A stretch of 64,000 nucleotides of DNA. Source: Curvularia clavata (lineage: Eukaryota). A model generated the notes under the pieces. It searched no databases, was not told where the DNA came from, and worked only from the letters and a program-made list of their open reading frames with translations. The stretch covers positions 2,480,001-2,544,000 of the forward strand of contig CP089278.1 of the NCBI GenBank assembly GCA_023920165.1, read 5' to 3'. Made by a program: the position numbers and the translations under genes. Below are positions 37,901 through 50,397 of this stretch, one piece after another (position 1 is the first letter of the stretch; the number at the start of each line of letters is the position of its first letter).

Positions 37901-39466
37901 TCATTCCAACTATTCATGCCCCAAGCCTGTGCCACAATATAGCTCGTGTCATGCCATTTCTCCCATAATTATACGCAACAGGGTAAACAATATCAAAAAC
38001 ACAGGTCTTGGGCACGTATGTACTGCTATGTCACAATAACAGTCGTGGCTGCGCATCTGCATCAAGGCACGTAACTACAACTTCGCTTCAACAACCTCCA
38101 TAACGACAGAAAGCCTAGCTGCCTAGTTGCACGGTCCATGGTGCACCAAAAATCAGGGACTTTGCGGCTCCCATCTTCGGTCACTCGGTTTTACAAGGCA
38201 CCGAGATCCTGAAGCCACCGTAAAAGTCTCCGGTGTTCTCACAAAGTAATGGCGTCTGTATAGGTGGTTTTGACTTAAAATCAGTACCAAATGCAAGCAT
38301 AGCGCGGGAGCGGCTGTTTTTCAACCAACCAGTCAACTTATAGAATGCAGCTACCAGCAGTGTTTAGCATGTATAAGTTCCCAAGTATTAGGTACGCATG
38401 GCTGTAATGTAGGCCTTCGAAACAGTTCGACCCCAAGATCAAAGAGCTTGGGTTGAGCACGGTCTACCATGCATATCCCCCCACTATGGGGCTCCGGCGA
38501 TGGCGGGACCCCTGGCTTGGTGTCAGTGAGCGGCTGCCAGAACACGTCGCTCCCGCCTAGATCGTCTGCTTGCATCACTCATGTTCTCCAAGGACTAGCA
38601 ACGGCTAGCTGATCTCCCACCTTACTGACTCTGTCACTCGCTTATGCCACCTTTGTCACAGGTCGGGACGTACTTGTAGACTGGGCGCCACCTTGGCGCG
38701 GTGAACGGCTATCCCACACAAACAACGGCTGCGCCGACGCCGAAGAGCGAACCTGTCCGCGCAGCATGGAAAATCGAGACCCTGATCAGACGATCGTCCC
38801 AAGCTACGATGGAACTTACCCATATGCCACTAGCTGAACATGCCAAACCATGCAGGTATATTCACGTGATCCCTACTCTAGTCGGTCGCTAGGCGTTCAG
38901 CCATCAAAAATTGAAGGGCAGAATTATGCTATGGCAGCCTTGAAAGCGCAGATCGGTGGTTAGTGCCAAGGGTACTGGCACGCCACTCCAATGCTCACCA
39001 CCACATGACAAATCCCGGCTCGCTCATAGCTTGGGCCTTTCAACTACGCCGCAGAATAGCGTGACACCCTTGTCCGTCTGAGCTGCTCGCTTTTCATCAG
39101 GAGCCGAGGCGGCATGCTGGACCATACGAGCCAGGTCTAGCAGGAACCATTCCACTGGGTCTGTATCGTATCGGCCTTTGGCACTTTTTTTTCGTGAGGG
39201 GGTGTGCTTCTCTCCACGGAGCTCAAGACCCATCTATGATGTGGCTATCACATCGGATCTATAATATGGATGGTTCCGCCTGCTGTTTTCATGATCGAAT
39301 CCATATCGCAAGTTCTTAAGTACTTTACACGATTAGGATTTTTACCACCCTGACTATACATTTGTTTACCATTTACACCAAAACACGGCTACCCTTGTAG
39401 GACACCGCGTACATTCGTCAACCAAATGGCGGTACTGACCAAACACTAGTTTCACACCAGCTTGCA

Positions 39467-40585
39467 ATGGAGATACGAGCTCTGTCTTTTACTTCAAGCT
39501 CGTATCAGCACCCGATGGCCTACCCTGCAAATCATGAGTCTTTCACACACAACCACATGGACTTTCAAAGTGGCTCTGGATCATTCAATGAGAGAGTACC
39601 ATTCCAGAGCTTTGGCCGCGATCCATCAGTCCATCAAGCACAGGGCGATCCTATGGATCTTGCGGATCTGTGGTCAATCGAGGCGCCTGCCTGTGGTAGC
39701 CCACTATCGACAAGTTCCTCTATAAGCCATGCTGAAAGCATGCATTCACCACCCTACACTGGCCTCCCAGTGTACGACACACTAGAGCCTGCTTTCCCTA
39801 ACACCCAAGCCTCTCTGGAAAACAATGGGACTTGCACCAGCGGCTCCGAGGCTCTCTGGGCATGCAATTATTCTGAGGCCGCCCCATGGGACTCACAACC
39901 ATTCGTTATGCCCTTTCAGAATGTCCCGAGCTATGAACAGCCTCCACTCGAGTTGACTCAGGGCTTTCAGTCTCAGCCACAAGGCGTAGCGCCTGCACCT
40001 TATCTGCCATATACTGAGTCCCTACCATATCCTATGGAGCAGGATGTAGAGTCTCCGACTGTCAATGCCGAAGCCTCTGGCAGCAATGAACATGGAAGGA
40101 ACGACTTGAGCGACTCTGATAGCGACGACTCGTGGTGCGACGACTCGGATTCATCACCTCCCTCGTCACGTGCTTTTTCCAGGAGGCCTCAAGGAAGGGC
40201 CAATGTCTTCAGGGTTGAGGGTTGGTCTACGAATATGTGCCCTTTCAATGCCACGCCCGATCGTAAAAACGTGTGTCCAGTGCTAGTTGGGCCCAACAGA
40301 AACTTACCCTGCCCAAAGCGGTTTCAACGACCAGAGCACCTGCGTCGTCATATCCGAACTGTCCACCGCATAGGTTTGGACAAAATGAATTACTGCAAAG
40401 TCCCGGGTTGTGGCGCCCCCTTCCCAAGGAGTGATAATTTCCGCCAACATTATCTCACTCATTTAACGAAAGGCAAAAGGAAGGGCAACAATGAGAAGAT
40501 ATCCTTCCAAAGAATGAAGGAAATTCTTGGACCCAAGGAGAAGCAACTTCAAAGGTGGCTGAGGATGAGGCTTAGGCAAAATTGA
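39467..40585 (+). CDS. C2H2 zinc-finger transcription factor
   Basis: Two fingers: CPVLVGPNRNLPCPKRFQRPEHLRRHIRTVH and CKVPGCGAPFPRSDNFRQHYLTH. The N-terminus is S/P/Q-rich and acidic. Confidence 0.88.
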   Translation: MEIRALSFTSSSYQHPMAYPANHESFTHNHMDFQSGSGSFNERVPFQSFGRDPSVHQAQGDPMDLADLWSIEAPACGSPLSTSSSISHAESMHSPPYTGLPVYDTLEPAFPNTQASLENNGTCTSGSEALWACNYSEAAPWDSQPFVMPFQNVPSYEQPPLELTQGFQSQPQGVAPAPYLPYTESLPYPMEQDVESPTVNAEASGSNEHGRNDLSDSDSDDSWCDDSDSSPPSSRAFSRRPQGRANVFRVEGWSTNMCPFNATPDRKNVCPVLVGPNRNLPCPKRFQRPEHLRRHIRTVHRIGLDKMNYCKVPGCGAPFPRSDNFRQHYLTHLTKGKRKGNNEKISFQRMKEILGPKEKQLQRWLRMRLRQN

Positions 40586-43500
40586 GATGGTCAAGAACAC
40601 ACTGCAATGTGTAAATATGCCTGGATTCGAGGTTGTTTTGATTGTTTTTATCTCATGGAGTTGGGGAGGCAGGTGTTTACGGTGCCGAGACACATAGTCT
40701 ACATGTCATGTTCTCGTATTGTTTGTAAAATTCCTGGTACATATACCTCTGTAAATGACGAACAGAAATTGAGAAATCACATATTCATCAACTTGAACGA
40801 TTCAATGACATTAAGAAATTCTGTCCTCAGAAACTTCGATAGAGTTTGATGTGAAGCTCACCACTGCCATCAATCCGTTGCACTGTCAACAATGAGACAT
40901 GAGACAGTGTCCTCTGTAAGTGCTATAAGGGTGTCCTTGAAGGAGTCTTGAAGCTGCTGACAATGGCGCTCTTGACACATTCCCGTGGTGATTGTCGATG
41001 GTAGCAAGACTCTAGTCTTAGCAGCTGCTAGGCCAACTCGCTGACTCCGACCGAACGTCCGCAAAAGGTATTGACACGGGCCGGACAGTGAGGTGCAGCC
41101 AATCACTCGCCGCTACCGAGAAGGACTCGGGCTGCGGAGTCCCAACATGGATTGCCGGGCGCCACAGGACCGGGGTGCAGCCAGCATGCAGGTGCTCCCA
41201 GAGGGATGACTTCCGGTTCGTCAGCCGCTCGACAAATTATAGCGTTGGGTCGCCAGGTAAATCATGGCATGGTGGGCAGGGGTGAGTTATGCAACTAAAG
41301 CAAGGATGCGTTCTACACTCACACCGGCGCATCAAAAGCAGTCTGAAATGTAATGCGCACTGACCGTTCCCAAGGATGTCAGTCTGACGACGTTGCGTCC
41401 CGTCCTGGACGCAAACGTCAATGTCACACGACCCCAGATTCAAGATACGATCTGGCACAAACTTCCTTGCCATTCAATACTTGGTTGCACTAATCTTTCA
41501 CTATCCAAAACACCGAAGACCGAGGGGACTAGATCGACATAACACCCATTACACCTGCATATTACGAACATAAACCTCAGGAAGCAAGTTACGCAAAACC
41601 ATTAGATGATCGAACGGCAGAAGCATTTAATCAAGAGGTGACCAAATAGTACTTGGAGATGTTTATGCTGCAATTGTGAGCCTGTAGGAGTTGGGAGTCG
41701 TCACACTTGGGACGCGTGCTGCAGCGATTGGGTCGACCAACCAAAGGCGGTACAGCAAGCCATCATCTGCCGCCGCAGCCTTCTCTAGACTAGTATAGGC
41801 GGGAGCTCGTTTCTGGCGATTTCTTCAGCTAATTAAAAAGGAATACCGATTCACGTGAGATGATTTGGGGCTGATGCTGGGGCTGCACGACGCCATCTTT
41901 CCTAGGACATGCTTGCAACATCCATACCGCTGGGAAATACGAAATAGCTGCGACAGCTTCATCAAATTCCTGACGGCATGGCTAGTGCTGATCACAAACT
42001 ACATGCTTGATAATCGTAGCAAGAAGCCAGTGCGAGCGCTCTCGCCTGTGGATATCTGTTGGGTCAATCACACCAAAGCCACCCGGGACGCTGTCCTAAG
42101 CGACAACTTGCCGTATCGTGGTCGGCGACAGAATACACCCCGAGTTAGCTGGCACGTGGAATTCTTTGTTCAGAGCGGGTGCTCTAACGTAGTCCCTCTG
42201 TGGCGACTGCCCCTGGTCCCCAAGATCGCAAACACGACAAGGCGTACTAGATACGTAATAACAGTGAATGGGTTCCATATTCATGTAAGAGAAACTGGAA
42301 ATAAGCAGATCGCTATTATGCACAACAGCATCGCCGCAAAAGTACATCGTTTGTGCAGCCACATGCAGCATCAAGGAGGCATACAGCCCGCCCAGAGCAA
42401 TCTGACTACAATCCTGTGGCTGTTGATAACCGCCGATATACTTTCCCGCGTGTAATTTTCCCTCGACCAAGATCACAAGCACGTGGCAATTTGCCGCAAG
42501 GCAGACAAAGAATTGACTATCCGCCCGCAACCGGGCTCGGGATCGTCCAAAGGCACATGTCCAACATCAAGCAGGTACCGAAGGCTGATCGGTGACACTG
42601 CTGATGATGAATGTTGAGGCCTGACTATGCAGGGGTTTCAGATTTGGAATGTGTTTTAGACATCGCACTGCTCACCCGCAGCCCGTATCTGAGGCCCATA
42701 TTGGAGAGGAGCATACATGAAGCTCGCGCGCAGTCATGCGCCTATGAATCCAATCAATTGGATGAAACATCACACACCAACTCAATACAAAGGTGACGAA
42801 GAAGTTCGAAGCGAGTGACCTTTCTTGACACCCACTTACAATCACTACTGCATGCAGATCTGTGCCGCGAGATTTCATGCTGTGTAACATTACGTTGCTT
42901 CTTTACTAGACAGTTATATCTACTCTTGCCGCCCCCCGCAGAAGCAATAAGCGCCCGCAAATCCTAGGTTCCGCGGCGAATGCGGCGTGTATTATGCATA
43001 TGCTGTTCAACCATCGCCGCAAAATGGGGGCCACACCTCAACAATGACCGACCACTTATTTCCGCTTCATCTCTGCGGATACCAGGATAAGTCAAGTCTT
43101 CGTTTGCAGAACAGCGGTCTACAAGATGCATGTAAGACCAAAGAATGGAAACCTTGCATACATCTTGAACGGAGCTTTCCAATTCACATATGCAGGCCAA
43201 GCATTTCACCACCACTCTTCCTTCTTGGCAGCTGGTCGTGCGGCTCTTAAAGTGTCGGTAATATCCGCCAATACTCTATCATTCTCTCCTCCATTATGCA
43301 CCGCGCTTGCCCGCGTAAACCAGCAAACGTGCACTGCGTGACCCGACTATCACACGCATGCAGCTTTTCTAGAACAACGAAGACGATACACCATGACAGT
43401 TCGGGTTGAAGGGGCAAGGATGTGACGATACACATAATACTTTATCTCAGCCGCAATGACGATTCATTGTTCTACCTAGTCCTAAACCATGTTCACGGCG

Positions 43501-45111
43501 CGAAAAGATCACTCTGCACGCATTCGTACACTTGCATGCGGCTATGCACGCTCTGCCTTTCCCCGTGTTGACGTCCTTCGCTCTCTGTTAATACCGAGCC
43601 TACCACACCACCTCGTCTATACCTGCACACCACCATCAGGTGTCCCTACCGAAAGCCGCAAAGCTTAGTGTGGGGTAAACATTGTCAAGTCCGATAGTCA
43701 TCGCGTCTCTAGTGTTCTCGCTGCTATTGCCTGAAACCTGAGGCGCTTCTCCATGCAGTCATGTCATTGACTAATAGGCCGTTGACTGACATGTGAGTGG
43801 CGCTGGACACGCCGGCAAGCGTACCCGAGCATCGGAATCCGCGGTCGCCTTAATTGTGCGGTGACGACGGGGTCTTCGAAAGTCCAGACCGTGCTTGTTT
43901 TGCGTCTGTTGGGCGCGGGAAGGCTGTGTGGTAACAAAGAAACAAGGCCTTTGTGATCGAGATTGATATGCGTACTGATGATTGGGTCTTTGCTGCTTCA
44001 GGGTTTGGGATTGCTGGCGGCGATTGGTCGTGTATACAGAATGGTGTTTGGTTCTTGGGACAAAGGGCAGGGCACGTGCAGAGGATATAGGCGGTCGTGC
44101 TCCCAGACTGGACTTCCTATGTGCTAATCGAACGGCTTTCGTAGTGAAACAACACTTAGTTCATCTGCAGACTCTTTTGGCGCCAAGTAACGGTGCTGCG
44201 GTTCAAAGTGAGCGCGAGGGTCAAGAGGCTGAGTAGATGGCAGCCGAGAGTGTATGCGCCGTTGTGCTACTCAAAGATGATTGTTCAGTGTTTAGAACTA
44301 GCAACAGAGGTGGCTTATAAACCACGGTTTTGCAGGAAAGTTGCAGGTGTTACCATGCTCATGTTCACGTAGCTTGACTTTGACTCCAACGTGGCATTCG
44401 AACAGGCCTATTGTGACCCACTGAAGAACAAGCTGAGAATGAGACCTTGTTATAGGCACCTGGCACTTGGTCACTCTCGTGGTTATCTACTGTAGCATCG
44501 CGTAGATTATTGAGAGGTTTCTCTTTTTGCTGTCCAGAGTGACAAAACCCGAACACGTCAAAGTGGAATATGAGATGGATGGACACCAATTTGAAACTCA
44601 AGAACCAGCAGCTTGGCAAAGCTTTCAACGACGTCGTACAGACGTTGACTTTCCTTGCAGAAATGATTAGGAAAGTGGCACTTGAGAGACTTAAGAGGCT
44701 CCGCATAGCCTTATATCGAATCCGGTGCCATGAAAAGTCATGAGACCTCTACCTTTGTATACTGGGGCGGCTTGCGATATGGAAAGGGCGAGAATCAAAT
44801 GTCCCCATTCAGAGTGGTAGCCTCACAAGCCAGAGATCCGTTCCCTATGTACCTTTCAAGCGTTATGACACGGTCGAGAGATCGAAGGTCGTGTTTTGAC
44901 AGCATTCTGACAAAAAAAAGCAGTAGAGTATCATACATTCTTCGTTACTTCTTGGTCGCTATTATTAGCTCGAGCTCTGAAAGTCAAAGGTTTACTTACT
45001 GCTCTGACATAACAAATCACACTTCGCAAGACTATTGACTTGGGTATAGGTTCGGCTCTTGCGACGGTCATCACCTCGAGTTCTTCAAATCATTCTTCAC
45101 AGACGGCGGGA

Positions 45112-45957
45112 CTACCATCGGCCTCTGCCTCTGCCTCGGTCACGCCAATCATCTCCACCGCCGCGTCCTCTACCTCCTCTTGTAAATCCCGGCTCTCGCT
45201 CGGGTGGTGCTTCGCCTCTTCTCCATTCTCCAGATGGAACGCCTCCACCACTTAACCTCCTATCATCGAATCTGCCGCCCCCTCTACTTCCTCTTCCATA
45301 GCCACCCCAGTCGCCCCGACCACCGAAGCCGTTCTCTCTACCCCTTCCACCATATGAACCTGTAGGCGGGCCCCTTCCCGGTCCAGAAAGCGGTGGAGGC
45401 GCCGCGGGTACGCCGCCGTCGGGCAGTGGCGGGAGAATCGCACACGCAATGTAGTCGCCAATGAGGAACTTCACGTCTGCGAGGGTCCTGTCTGGATCGC
45501 CATCTAGCTGCTTGAGAGCCTCTGCAACACTTCCTCCGTCGTTATTCTCCATTTCCACGTCCTCGTTTCTTGAAGGTGCGCCTATAATCACTGAACCTAT
45601 GTCTCGTGATATGAATCGTCCCGGTGCGCCTGGTCGATTAGAGCCTTGTATGTCAGGGTACACGAGTCGAAATGCAATGCGCGACCCGGCATATGGCTGT
45701 GGTAACATAGATGGCACTGCGCTCAACAGAAGCTGGCAGAGTTCTCGCAAAGTACAGCTTTGCCATGTGTAGATTTGGACATTTGTAGGAAGACGTGGTA
45801 GTGTTGGATCGAATTCATCTAATCTTGGGCTTGTTAGTGAGATGGCAGGACTCGAGAATTTGGTAATCGCTTGCCTATGAAATGATCCTTGTTTGAAAAA
45901 GAGGCGTAACAAGAAAGGTGTAGTTGTCTGTCGGTCGATCTTCGCCGGGTCGGCCAT
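45112..45957 (-). CDS. SAP18: Sin3-associated polypeptide Sap18 with an RGG-rich tail
   Basis: IDRQTTTPFLLRLF, QIYTWQSCTLREL, FRLVYPD and TLADVKFLIGDYIACAI. In-frame GC-AG intron 45874..45824. Confidence 0.93.
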   Translation of the reverse strand: MADPAKIDRQTTTPFLLRLFFKQGSFHRQAITKFSSPAISLTSPRLDEFDPTLPRLPTNVQIYTWQSCTLRELCQLLLSAVPSMLPQPYAGSRIAFRLVYPDIQGSNRPGAPGRFISRDIGSVIIGAPSRNEDVEMENNDGGSVAEALKQLDGDPDRTLADVKFLIGDYIACAILPPLPDGGVPAAPPPLSGPGRGPPTGSYGGRGRENGFGGRGDWGGYGRGSRGGGRFDDRRLSGGGVPSGEWRRGEAPPEREPGFTRGGRGRGGGDDWRDRGRGRGRW

Positions 45958-46244
45958 GCTGGATGTTGCAGCCTTGTCAGAGAATAGAGGTAGTGGCGAT
46001 GACTGTTAGCCCACACTATTCGGTAAGCCTCTGTATTATGCGCGTCAAAACGAAATTCCAATTCGTTGTTTTGTCATGCGGTGTTGCAGGGTACAAGCAA
46101 GAGTACGCGACGCGGAGAGCTTGCACTAGCGTCGTTCCTCGGCGTAACCACACTCCCGAACAGTGAACCTTGACGTCGCATTCCACACTGACTCTCCATC
46201 TACATTCGAAACGCCGTCAAACTACGAACAAGACAATCGCCAAG

Positions 46245-47333
46245 ATGGATTTCGCAAAGCTCATGTCTGCACATATCAAAAAAGGGAAGGAAACAACCTC
46301 AAAACCCGAATCAAGCGACAAAAAGTACCTCAAGCGCAGTGAAATCGAGGCGCAACGGCAGGCTGCATATTTGGCGGAGCAGGAAGCCGCAGAGAAGGCA
46401 CGATTGGAGCGCCTAGAGAAGAAACGCAAGGCTGAAGAGGATGAGGCTGAAAAGGAAGCCCAGCGACGGGAAAAGCGGGCGCGCATGGCTGAGGAAGCAA
46501 GGCGGATTCGAGAAGAGGAGGAAGAGGCAGAGGAGCGTCAGAGAAGGAAGCGCCTGGGCTTGCCTGACCTACCACCAAAAAAGAAGGATGGAGAAGGAGA
46601 GGGAACGCCTGTGCCTGAGGACGAAGACATTCAAGATGATGATTTGGTAGCGAAACTGAGAGCTCTCGACGAGCCAGCCCGACTCTTCGGCGAGACACAT
46701 AAGCAACGCCTTAAGCGATACAAGAAACGCATCGGCGCAGACAGCCTAGCGGCGATTACAACAGATGGACCGATCCCGACAACCCTACAATTAGTTCCAG
46801 AAAAGGACATGAAAGTCAACTTGAAGGTACCAAAGGATAAGGAAGGTCGAGAATTCTTGTTCAGACAGCTGGCAAGCTATTTCACAATGGTACTCAAAGA
46901 ATGGGACGTGACGCTATCGCGCCGAGATCCAGAAGTCAAGGAGAGCTATCAAGGCAAGCAAGCCTATGCTGCCATGGTGCAAGCACGCGAAAATATGCGC
47001 CCGCTGTTCAAGAAGCTGGAGAAGTTCGACCTCCCTGACAGCATCGTCGAGCCTGTTGTAGAGATTGTGCATGCTGCACAGGAGAGACGATACGTGGACG
47101 CCAATGACGGATATCTACGACTTAGTATTGGCAAAGCGGCATGGCCGATTGGTGTCACGATGGTGGGTATCCACGAGAGAAGCGCAAGAGAAAAGTTGCA
47201 TGAGAGCGACAAGAATGCAGCACATATCATGAGTGACGAAATAACGCGGAAGTATCTGCAGAGTATCAAGAGGTGTTTGAGTTTTGCACAGACAAGATGG
47301 CCACCGACCGACCAGCTGCAGCTCATGGGTTAA
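46245..47333 (+). CDS. PRP18: Pre-mRNA splicing factor Prp18
   Basis: KLRALDEPARLFGE (PRP4-like motif), YLRLSIGKAAWPIGVTMVGIHERSARE and RKYLQSIKR. Confidence 0.96.
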   Translation: MDFAKLMSAHIKKGKETTSKPESSDKKYLKRSEIEAQRQAAYLAEQEAAEKARLERLEKKRKAEEDEAEKEAQRREKRARMAEEARRIREEEEEAEERQRRKRLGLPDLPPKKKDGEGEGTPVPEDEDIQDDDLVAKLRALDEPARLFGETHKQRLKRYKKRIGADSLAAITTDGPIPTTLQLVPEKDMKVNLKVPKDKEGREFLFRQLASYFTMVLKEWDVTLSRRDPEVKESYQGKQAYAAMVQARENMRPLFKKLEKFDLPDSIVEPVVEIVHAAQERRYVDANDGYLRLSIGKAAWPIGVTMVGIHERSAREKLHESDKNAAHIMSDEITRKYLQSIKRCLSFAQTRWPPTDQLQLMG

Positions 47334-47783
47334 GATTCGATGCAATATCAAGTCCATGGATAAGTAAAGAATCCAACTTCTGTGTACGATTCGTATGTAA
47401 CGAACCAAACTACTGACTATCTATGTTGTGAGCCGTGCTACAACTATAAAGTATGACGTGCCTTGAGAGAGCGTGCTTCATGGGGGAGTTTTTCAAGTCG
47501 CAACTTGCACATAACACTCCGCCGACCTTTCACACAGGATAGATGTTACTTTTGTCCCGAATTGCCACCTACTAATGCGATTCATCTTGTCGCCTTCAAG
47601 GTGAGGCATGGCTTCGTACTTTCCGCTGCCCCTACTATCCAAAGTAAATTAGTAATATGCAGTAACCAGAAGGATCAAATTGACTTCATAGGACGATATA
47701 TCTGTTCCGCATCTCAATTCACTCAAAAACCTTGTATTGAATAGTCTCGTGCAATAAGAAACATACTCTACTTGCCGTTCCTG

Positions 47784-48254
47784 CTAGCTGATATCTAGGA
47801 CAGGATCATAAGGCAGACGTGCGTCACCAGTGTTGGACTGCAGTCTTAGTTTGCCAGCCTGACTCTTATCTGATACGCCTTCAGTGCTTATCCCACGCAC
47901 GAATGGAGATATATGTACAAACCCTGTGTTCTTAAATTGGCTAACGCATGACCTATACGCCAGCGCACTAAAGCGAAGTCTACTGTACGAAATTTCCTTC
48001 GGTCCATCTGCTTGTTTGTCTCTTCCAGAAAGCTTTCCACATCGTCATCACTGATCTTGCTTAGCTTCACTTCCGGATTATGCCCCCGGAATGTCTTTGC
48101 TATTTCACGAGTGAATTTCTTTTCGCAGTTAGGTGCCGTTAACAGCTAAGATACACGAACCAAGCCTTACGAGAAATACATCCTATTGTTCTGGATTCAG
48201 CCCAGAATACTCTCGAGCTTCCTCCGACGTGAAGTCCCATCGCAACTTCTGCAT
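47784..48254 (-). pseudogene. Small three-exon gene (~121 aa) interrupted by one in-frame TAG
   Basis: Exons 48254..48171, 48118..47923 and 47869..47784, with introns of 52 and 53 nt. Translation MQKLRWDFTSEEAREYSGLNPEQ*DVFLKFTREIAK...FALVRWRIGHALAN...LPYDPVLDIS. Confidence 0.65.
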
Positions 48255-48462
48255 CCCGCTGACTGGGTTGATTGGGTTTCCAAGGTCGTTCAAACCCCAC
48301 GTACGTAGAGCACGTGCGGGGCAAACAGCAGAACTTGACGTCGTCCAATCGCCATGCATCTCGATCCTTGCAACATCTCTCTTCGTCTTTCCCCTTCCGC
48401 ACAACAATAGTTTTTTAGCTACAGAAAATTTAGTGATATTGCTTCGAGGCTCTGTTGCCATC

Positions 48463-50397
48463 ATGCACGAAATCGTCACTCTGCAATTTGGTTCGCAGAG
48501 CAATTATCTTGGAACGCACTTTTGGAATACCCAGGCAAGTACAAATGTCGATGGCACGCTATACCAATGCATTCACATCAGCGATATGTATACAACTATT
48601 TATATTTTCCGCATATCTGTATTAAAAGTTCTAGTGGAGAAAGTTCTCTGGGAATGCTTCATCGTCGAACCTCATTCATGCACTTATCACCACTTGCAAA
48701 CAGTCCCTCAAGCTCTAGTCTAGGAATAACCTTAGAATGTTTGCTAACTCTCTAAAGGAGTCCTACTTTACATACCCGCCCGAGGATGAATCGCCGGTCA
48801 ATCATGACATTCTTTTCAGGCCAGGCATGGCTCCAGACGGGTCAGATACTTTTACTCCAAGAACCCTGATATACGATCTCAAAGGCGCATTTGGTAGCAT
48901 GCGGAAGATCAATGCACTTTATGAAGCCGAGGACGACAGAAGCATTCTGGATCAGCCCGGTGTTTGGCCTTCCAAGCCCATAGTTCAACGCGCGACCGAG
49001 ACTATTCCGCAATCCAGTTACCAGGAGCATCTTGATGCTGGTCTTCAACCGCCACCGCTCAGCACATCCTCTGTTCGGTACTGGTCCGATTGCAGCCGGG
49101 TCTTTTATCACCCCAAGTCCATCGTTCAATTGTCCGAGTTTGATGTCAACGATAAGCTTATGCCTTTCGAAGACTGGGACGTAGGTATGGAATTGTTTGA
49201 GAAGCTCGAACGAGAAGTAGACTTGGTTGATCGAGACCTTCGGCCGTTTGTGGAGGAGTGCGACGGCATCCAAGGACTGCAGATTTTCACTGGGGTAGAC
49301 GACGCATGGGGTGGGTGGGCCTCTGGATGGCTCGAACGATTGAGAGACGAGTATGGAAAGATGAGCATCTGGACTTGGGGACTCGGCGATCATGGCGCGA
49401 ATAATTCGATTCCGAGAGTATGTTTCTCTGGTCGTTGCTCGAACAAGTGACGCTAACATCACGCAGGAAAGACGACTAAAACAAATCGCCAATTCAGCCC
49501 GATCACTCCAAGTGCTTGGTGAGCAATCTTCAGTCTATTCACCGATATCGAATATTCCTGCGAAAGTACCGAGCTATCTAAAACTTGATGCTACATCCCA
49601 ATGGCATGTTGCTGCCTTGCAAGTTGTAGGAATAGAGAGCATAACGCTTTCGTCACGCTTGCGAACCACTTTGGGCGGACGAGGCACACTCCAAGACCTA
49701 GAAGACACCATCAACAGTACTGGAAAACGGCGTATAGCTAAGTTCGAGATGAGCATCGCGGACCCTGATGCCCTCTCCGACAAAGCAGCCGAAGAAGCTG
49801 AGGCCGCCGCGAAGACTGGATCGGCAAGACTAAAACGAACGGATGAGGATGAGGATCAGTTGGCAGACTTCGATATTGATGTTTTCACCCGTGACTACCG
49901 AACAGCTACAGGCCGAGCGAAGAAAGAGCATATCTTCGGAAGAGCCGAAGCTTCGCGTGGAGAGTGGTCCTTATCCGATGAGAGCGAGCGTGATCCTCAC
50001 GACAGGTTTGACAATCGACCTGTACTGCAAAGGTATGTGTTCAGTGTTTCTTTGATAAAAAAACTCTCCACCTGCTATTATGTGATGTGTTGGCAAGTTC
50101 GCAAGTTCACATGCGCTTACATTATCTAGATATACTGCTCCCCTCCTGTTCCCCTTGCTGGACAGCTTCCCCAAGTCCATGCTTAACATCGGAACGAGCC
50201 ATACTCAGAAGCTTGCTGTTCACACTGGACTGACAACAAGTACGGCTGTGGCAGGACAGATACGCACGCTTGAGCCGATCATCAAGCGCATGATAAACAT
50301 TGAAGAAAGGGAAGTGCTTTCCAATGGCCTGCATGTCCTGGCAGAGGAATATGATGAAGGTTGGGATAGTGGTTCGGATAGCGACGATGATGATTAG
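48463..50397 (+). CDS. DML1: Dml1/Misato tubulin-like protein, 4 exons
   Basis: MHEIVTLQFG..SNYLGTHFWNTQESYF, TFTPRTLIYDLKG, VRYWSD and LRPFVEECDGIQG...DDAWGG. The first intron (48535-48757) is GC-AG. Confidence 0.95.

Noticed and set aside
35700..38600. Protein-like fragments on the minus strand
   Set aside because: Multiple stops and no family I can name, so I did not call a pseudogene without BLASTx.
41865..42530. Overlapping 196-aa and 144-aa ORFs
   Set aside because: Non-ATG starts and no recognisable family or splice structure. A decayed gene cannot be excluded.
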